14,262 nt of DNA from Octopus sinensis (lineage: Eukaryota), in NCBI RefSeq assembly GCF_006345805.1, contig NW_021825887.1:1-14262 (forward strand). Reading direction: 5' to 3'. The notes beneath the pieces were generated by a model that was given only the letters and a program-made list of their open reading frames with translations, searched no databases and was not told the DNA's origin. The position numbers were made by a program, and so were the translations under genes. Below are positions 7,961 to 14,262 of the stretch, one piece after another. Every line of letters starts with the position of its first letter. Position 1 is the stretch's first letter.

Positions 7961-8944
7961 GACGCAGGAGTAGCTGTGTGGTAAGTAGCTTGTTTACCAA
8001 CCACATGGTTCCAGGTTCAGTCCTACTGCATGGCACCTTGGGCAAGTGTCTTCTACTATAGCCTCGGTCTGACCAAAGCCTTGTGAGTGGATTTGGTAGA
8101 CGGAAACTGAAAGAAGCCTGTCACATATATAAGGCACAGGAGTGGCTGTGTGGTAAGTAGCTTGCTTACCAACCACATGGTTCCAGGTTCAGTCCTACTG
8201 CATGGCACCTTGGGCAAGTGTCTTCTACTATAGCCTCGGTCTGACCAAAGCCTTGTGAGTGGATTTGGTAGACGGAAACTGAAAGAAGCCTGTCACATAT
8301 ATAAGGCACAGGAGTGGCTGTGTGGTAAGTAGCTTGCTTACCAACCACATGGTTCCAGGTTCAGTCCTACTGCATGGCACCTTGGGCAAGTGTCTTCTAC
8401 TATAGCCTCGGTCTGACCAAAGCCTTGTGAGTGGATTTGGTAGACGGAAACTGAAAGAAGCCTGTCATATATATGTATATATATATATGTATGTGTGTGT
8501 GTGTGTGTGTGTGTCTGTAGTTGTCCCCCTAGCATTGCTTGACAACCGATGCTGGTGTGTTTATGTCCCCGTTACCTAGCGGTTCGGCAAAAGAGACCGA
8601 TAGAATAAATACTGGGCTTACAAAAGAATAAGTCCCGGGGTCGAGTTGCTCAAATAAAGGCGGTGCTCCAGCATGGCCGCAGTCAAATGACTGAAACAAG
8701 TAAAAGAGACCGATAGAATAAGTACTGGGCTTACAAAAGAATAAGTCCCGGGGTCGAGTTGCTCAAATAAAGGCGGTGCTCCAGCATGGCCGCAGTCAAA
8801 TGACTGAAACAAGTAAAAGAGACCGATAGAATAAGTACTGGGCTTACAAAAGAATAAGTCCCGGGGTCGAGTTGCTCGACTAAAGGCGGTGCTCCAGCAT
8901 AGCCGCAGTCAAATGACTGAAACAAGTAAAAGAGTAAAAGAGTA
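7961..8944 (+). mobile_element. Composite SINE family A: 5' module x3 (172 bp) + body + 3' module x3 (113 bp)
   Basis: Heads start at 7961, 8133, 8305. Tail modules at 8589..8701, 8702..8814, 8815..8927. Terminal (AAAAGAGT)n to 8944. Confidence 0.92.
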
Positions 8945-9299
8945 TATTTAAAAAATTTTAAATAGGAAAAACAGAACAAAACTTGGAACACTTGTTGCAA
9001 AATTTAAAATGCATTATGCAAAAAGGAACAAAATTAAAAATATATAGTGTTAAATTCAAAATACATTGGGTAGAATACATGTGAAATATAACAAAGATAT
9101 ATAATGTAATGTGGAGCAGTATTTGAAATATAAACTGCAAAGTTAAAGGTAGAACGTATAAAATTAAATACAGATAACAAACACATTTAGGAATTTATGT
9201 GCAAAATTTAGGATATAAATTGTATTAGATATAAATAAAGGAATAAAGTGATGGAATATATATATATATATATATATATATAATACAAAATTTAAGATA

Positions 9300-9791
9300 T
9301 AGTGCAAAATTTGAGATATATACAGGGTAAAATCTAAAATGTATATACTCTAAAATTATATGTATATATATATATATATATATAGTGCAAAATTAAAAAT
9401 ATATGTATTGCCAATTTAAGATGTATTTAGACCAAAATTTAAACTATATATCGTGCAAAATTTGAGATATATAGAGGGTAAAATCTAAAATGTATAAACT
9501 GTAAAATATATATATATATATATAGTGCAAAATTAAAAATATATGTATTGCCAATTTAAGATATATTTAGACCAAAATTTAGACTATATATCGTGCAAAA
9601 TTTGAGATATATAGAGGGTAAAATCTAAAATGTATATACTGTAAAATTATATATATATATATATATAGTGCAAAATTAAAAATATATGTATTGCCAAAGT
9701 TAAGATATATATAGGGCGAAATTTAGAATATATATCATGCAAAATTTGAGATATATAGAGGGTAAAATCTAAAATGTATATACTGTAAAAT

Positions 9792-9835
<44 letters not shown>

Positions 9836-9937
9836 CAAAATTAAAAATATATGTATTACCAATTTAAGATATATTTAGACCAAAATTTAGACTATATATC
9901 GTGCAAAATTTGAGATATATAGAGGGTAAAATCTAAA

Positions 9938-9971
<34 letters not shown>

Positions 9972-10113
9972 CAAAATTAAAAATATATGTATTGCCAATT
10001 TAAGATATATATAAAGGGCAAAATTTAAAATTTATAAAGAGAGTAAAATTTAGAATATATATCATGCAAAATTTGAGATATATACAGGGTAAAATCTAAA
10101 ATGTATATACTGT

Positions 10114-10181
<68 letters not shown>

Positions 10182-10250
10182 TATATAGTGCAAAATTAAA
10201 AATATATCTAGTGCCAAATTTAAGATATATATAGGGCAAAATTTTAAATA
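9300..10250. repeat. Higher-order repeat block 1: ~140-165-bp units with a variable (TA)n
   Basis: GCAAAATTTGAGATAT at 9304, 9455, 9595, 9739, 9903, 10066. Unit length varies mainly through the (TA)n after AAAATTA. Confidence 0.88.
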
Positions 10251-10254
10251 TATA

Positions 10255-10648
10255 GGCGTACGAGTGACTGTGTGGTAAGTAACTTGCTTACAAACCGCAT
10301 GGTCCTGGGTTCAGTCCCACTGCGTGGCACCTTTAGCAAATGTCTTCTACTATAGCCTCGGGCCGACCAAAGCCTTATGAGTGGTTTCGGTAGACAGAAA
10401 CCGAAAGAAGCCCATCGTATATATGTATATATATATGTTTGTGTGTCTGTCCCCCCAGTATCGCTTGACAACCAATGCTGGTGTGTTTACGTCCCCGTAA
10501 CTTAGCAGTTCGGGAAAAGAAACCGATAGAATAAGTACTAGGCTTACAAAGAATAAGTCCTGGGGTTGATTTGCTTGACTAAAGGCGGTACTCCAGCATG
10601 GCCACAGTCAAATGACTGAAACAAGTAAAAGAGTAAAGAGTAAAGAGA
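10255..10648 (+). mobile_element. Full-length SINE family A, more diverged variant, inserted in higher-order repeat 1
   Basis: Same head/core/tail layout as 5284..5740 with distinct variants. Tail GAGTAAA repeats. Confidence 0.9.
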
Positions 10649-10743
10649 GAGCAAAATTTAGAATATATATATAGTTCAAAATTTGTGATATGTACAAGCT
10701 AAAATCTAGAATGTATATACTGCAAAATAATATATATATATAA

Positions 10744-10891
10744 TGATGCAGCATGGAATTTTGTCAGTGCACAGGTCACGATCTCAAAGTGACGAAAATA
10801 TTTCGCCAAATTAAATTTAAATGTTGAAGTGAATCTAATGGTTTTTGTGTGTTTTTTAAATGGCTTATAAACACCTTCCACACTGCAATTG
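10744..10891. other. ~150-bp non-satellite insert flanked by (TA)n; unclassified repeat fragment
   Basis: Clear composition break inside the satellite. No TIR, TSD or coding signature that I can verify. Confidence 0.35.
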
Positions 10892-11197
10892 TATACATAT
10901 ATATAGGGTAAAATTTAAAATGTAGGGCAAAATTTAAAATGTATACAGTGCAAAATTTAAGATCTCTAGAGCAAAGTTTAAAATATATATAGTGAAAAAT
11001 TTAATATATAGTGCAAAATTTAAGATTTCTAGAGTAAAATTTAAAATATATAGAGTGAAAAATTTAATATGTAGTACAAAATTTAAAATATTTATAGTGC
11101 AAAATTTAAGATCTCTAGAGCAAAGTTTAAAATATATATAGTGAAAATTTTTAAATATCTATAGTGCAAAATTTAAGATTTCTAGAGCAAAATTTAA

Positions 11198-11418
11198 CCC
11201 TTTTGTTACTGTATTTCTATTGAGATGCTCTGTGTTTCTTTCAGTTACTTTAAATATAACAAAGACTTTAGTAAAATAACTTAGTTATCATTAAGCTAGT
11301 GTTAGGAACATAAATTGTGACTAAGGTTTAGTGGAAGATTTTAATTCAAAACTTATGTAAACAAAACATTTGTACTACAGAGTCAGAGCCCGTTTCAGCC
11401 GGGTTGGTAACAAAAGGG
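11198..11418. mobile_element. piggyBac-type MITE, 221 bp
   Basis: TTAA TSD at 11194..11197 and 11419..11422. Perfect 12-bp TIR CCCTTTTGTTAC / GTAACAAAAGGG. A TTAA target with CCC...GGG termini is the established piggyBac signature. Confidence 0.9.
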
Positions 11419-11459
11419 TTAAAATATACATAGTGCAAAATTTAAAGTATATACACTGC

Positions 11460-11890
11460 AAAATTTAAAGTATATACAGTGCAAAATTTAAAATATATAT
11501 AGTGCAAAATTCAAGATCTCTAGAGCAAAGTTTAAAATATATATAGTGAAAAATTTTAAATATATATAGTGCAGAATTTAAAATATATATAGTGAAAAAT
11601 TTAAAGTATATACAGTGCAAAATTTAAAATATATATAGTGCAAAATTCAAGATCTCTAGAGCAAAGTTTAAAATATATATAGTGAAAAATTTTAAATATA
11701 TATAGTGCAGAATTTAAAATATATATAGTGAAAAATTTAAAGTATATACAGTGCAAAATTTAAAATATATATAGTGCAAAATTCAAGATCTCTAGAGCAA
11801 AGTTTAAAATATATATAGTGAAAAATTTTAAATATATATAGTGCAGAATTTAAAATATATATAGTGAAAAATTTAAAGTATATACAGTGT
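11460..11890. repeat. Higher-order repeat block 2: 136-bp units (~6 monomers), nearly identical
   Basis: GATCTCTAGAGC at 11515, 11651, 11787. Related shorter units (10961, 11024, 11110, 11177) lie left of the MITE. Confidence 0.88.
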
Positions 11891-12074
11891 AGAATTTGAG
11901 ATATATATAGGGCAAAATTTTATCTATATATGTATATAATGTAAAATTTAAGATATCTGTAGTGTGAAATTTAAAGTGTGTATAGTGCAAAATTTTTAAT
12001 ATATATAATGCAAAATTGAAGATATATATAGTAAAGCTTAAGATATCTCATGCAAAATTTAGAATATATTGTAT

Positions 12075-12129
12075 TCTTTTATTCTCTTATTTTTTTTTTT
12101 TACTTATTTCAGTTATTTGACAGCAGCCA
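12075..12129 (-). mobile_element. Extreme 3' fragment (~55 bp) of SINE family A
   Basis: TTACTTATTTCAGTTATTTGACAGCAGCCA matches the reverse complement of the SINE tail TGGCCGCAGTCAAATGACTGAAACAAGTAA, preceded by a T-rich decayed tail. Confidence 0.65.
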
Positions 12130-12138
12130 AAATTTATA

Positions 12139-12651
12139 TCTATATATATAAAACAGTAGTTGTGTGAGTGTCTGTCTCCTACGATTTAGATTCCTAACTC
12201 CTCCCACATTTTGTGGTGCAGTTTAACCAAATTCAGGTATCTTATAGTCGTGATTAATATCGAGCCCGTCTGGCTATTAGCGCGCGTCTACGATGAGTCT
12301 ACGATTTTAAAAATAATTTAACATCATTTTTTATTCCATTTTAATGCATAATTTTTCGTGTGTCGATGGCGGCGGAGTTGGCGTCCATGGTCACACCTGC
12401 ACCTGTTTGCTTCTCCCCCTTCTTCCCTCCCTCGTGAAGCTGTGGGGAAGGGAGTTTAAGGAAATCAATGTCGTAAAGCGTTGTCAAGGAGACCAGCGTT
12501 CTTTTAGAACAACGACTTCATGGCTTGAAGACACCAAAACAGAAATGGCTAAGAAAGCCCGAATTGGCATCTATAAAGGAAGTAACTCTCTAAAAATGCT
12601 TATATAGTTATTTCCCTTACAAACCCAAGCAACGCCGGGCGATACTGCTAG
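12139..12651 (+). mobile_element. Non-autonomous Helitron, 513 bp
   Basis: Starts TC(TATATATATAAAA) after A12138 and ends CTAG (12648..12651) before T12652. Subterminal hairpin CCCAAGCAACGCCGGG (12624..12639) lies 8 nt before CTAG. No TSD. These are the canonical Helitron termini. Confidence 0.85.
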
Positions 12652-13050
12652 TTTTATATATAGTGCAAAATGGAAACATATCTCATGCAAATTAAAAATT
12701 AAAGAGGAAATATATAAGAATATATAGTACAAAATTTAAAATATATCGTATTAAACAGAATATATTTTTAAATATTTAGAGCAGGATTCGAGTTATATAG
12801 AGTAAGATTATAACTAAGACAAGGTTTGTTGTTAAATGTTGGTAAGAAAGCATTGGTGATATCCACAGAGAACAGGAACCAATAAAATACTGCAGCCAAC
12901 GTCAGGTAACAATGATATGAATTGGTAACCTTTTGGTAAGAAAATACTGGTAAAAATCAACAGACTGGATTTGATAAAGGAAAGTTGGTGATATCTATTG
13001 AAAATGGCAGTAAGCAAAGTTTTGGTAACATCCATAGGAAATAACATTAG

Positions 13051-13271
13051 CCCTTTCATTACCGTATTTATTTTGAGATGTTCTGTGTTTCTTTCAATTA
13101 CTTTAAATATAACAAAGAATTTCATAAAATAACTTCGTTATAATTCTGCTAGAGTTAGGAACATAAATTGTGTCTAAGGTTTGGTGGAAAATTTTAATTC
13201 AGAACTTATGAAAACAAGACATTTGTACAACAGAGCCAGAGGTGGTTTCAACCAGGTTGGTATCAAAAGGG
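13051..13271. mobile_element. piggyBac-type MITE copy 2 (same family as 11198..11418)
   Basis: TTAG/TTAA flanks (13047..13050, 13272..13275), CCCTTTC...AAAAGGG ends, collinear internal sequence. Confidence 0.88.
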
Positions 13272-13302
13272 TTAAGAATTGTTTCTCTATTATATATTTT
13301 AA

Positions 13303-13522
13303 CCCTTTCATTACCGTATTTATTTTGAGATGTTCTGTTTCTTTCAATTAATTTTATCTATAACAAATAATTTTATAAAATAACTTAGTTATAATTCTGC
13401 TAGAGTTAGGAACATAAATTGTGTCTAAGGTTTGGTGGAAGATTTTAATTCAGAACTTATGAAAGCAAAATATTTGTTCTACAGAGCCAGAGGCGGTTTC
13501 AGCCAGGTTGGTATCGAAAAGG
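13303..13522. mobile_element. piggyBac-type MITE copy 3
   Basis: TTAA at 13299..13302 and 13523..13526. Collinear with copy 2 and in the same orientation. Confidence 0.88.
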
Positions 13523-13530
13523 TTAAGGTT

Positions 13531-13584
13531 ATTCAGGTGATGAAACAATTGTAACATATTCAAGTGATGAAACAATTGTAACAT
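13531..13584. repeat. 27-bp tandem duplication
   Basis: ATTCA(G/A)GTGATGAAACAATTGTAACAT x2 with 1 mismatch. Confidence 0.9.
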
Positions 13585-13599
13585 ATACAGGAAAGAAGG

Positions 13600-14000
13600 C
13601 AGTACTTGTCTGTGACCAAATTATTTGTGGTGTACACAGTGCTTGATGGTGAGGTGGTGGGGACAAAAGTATGGTAACCTCTACAAAGAAGATGCCACGG
13701 TAGGTTGTGGCCAAAGAATTAGTAACTACCACAAGACTTAGTGTTAAGCTAGCGGTGACTAAACTATGATAACATCAACAGAAAAGATACCAAGGTAGAT
13801 TGTGACTAAAATATCCGTAACTGCAAGATTTGACATTCAGCTAATGATGACAAAACTATGGAAACGTTTACAGTGAGTATGCCAAGGTAGACTGTGGCCA
13901 AAGCATTAGACTCGGTGTTCAAAATACCTTGATGATATTGGTAAGTTAGCGGTAACCAAAGTATTGATATTTCAGGAATCTACACATACAGGTAGACTCA
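13600..14000. repeat. Degenerate ~92-100-bp tandem repeat
   Basis: GGTAG(G/A)(T/C)TGTG(G/A)C(C/T)AAA at 13699, 13794, 13886, with weaker copies near 13605 and 13990. Confidence 0.6.
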
Positions 14001-14131
14001 TTTTCATGATGACCATTTCTAGTTATGAAGAATCAGGATACAAGATCTGTCATAGTTTTGGTACTATTCACAGAAGTAGAGCTAGGACAAAAGAAAAATA
14101 ACATATGCATTAAATAATACATTTGCAAGCA

Positions 14132-14262
14132 TGTGTGTATGTGTGTATGTGTGTGTGTGTGTGGGTGTGTGTGTGTGTGTATGTGTGTGTGTGTGTGTGT
14201 ATGTGTGTATGTGTGTGTGTGTGTGTATGTGTGTATGTGTGTGTGTGTGTGTGTGGTGTGTG
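14132..14262. repeat. (TG)n/(TGTA) microsatellite running off the window end
   Basis: Seen directly. Confidence 0.97.

Larger units (their letters stand above)
7810..12810. repeat. AT-rich satellite of ~22-23-bp monomers (approx. TATATATAGTGCAAAATTTAAAA), degenerate at the edges and interrupted by several insertions
   Basis: GTGCAAAATT / GGGCAAAATT / GAGTAAAATT cores recur throughout. Boundaries are approximate. Confidence 0.8.

Noticed and set aside
8618-9000. Repeated-peptide minus-strand ORFs
   Set aside because: Antisense translation of the 113-bp SINE tail triplication.
12344-12607. 87-aa ORF inside the Helitron
   Set aside because: No Rep or helicase motifs; consistent with a chance ORF in GC-richer sequence.
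12832-13125. 97-aa minus-strand ORF
   Set aside because: It starts inside MITE copy 2 and crosses its boundary; no recognisable domain.

Overview
Eukaryotic, AT-rich and repeat-dominated DNA. It is most likely from a cephalopod (Octopus-like); this is inferred from the repeat families and was not checked against a database. One credible protein-coding region is present: an uninterrupted minus-strand ORF (5867..6568) for a Tctex-1 domain dynein light chain (TCTEX1D1/DYNLT5-like) with a ~117-aa low-complexity N-terminal extension. The rest is repeats: two tRNA-derived SINE families, several as tandem arrays of SINE sub-modules; a decayed Tc1/mariner transposase N-terminus; three TTAA-flanked piggyBac-type MITEs; a non-autonomous Helitron; a nest of inserts inside (AAT)n tracts; a 90-99 bp minisatellite whose last copy overlaps the gene's start codons; a ~5 kb AT-rich satellite with two higher-order repeat blocks; and many microsatellites. 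Nearly all other ORFs in the track are by-products of these repeats. I cannot demonstrate a new biological system. The strongest leads are the minisatellite/uORF array fused to the gene start, the modular SINE amplification, the AAT-targeted insertion nest and a heat-shock-element-like cluster.
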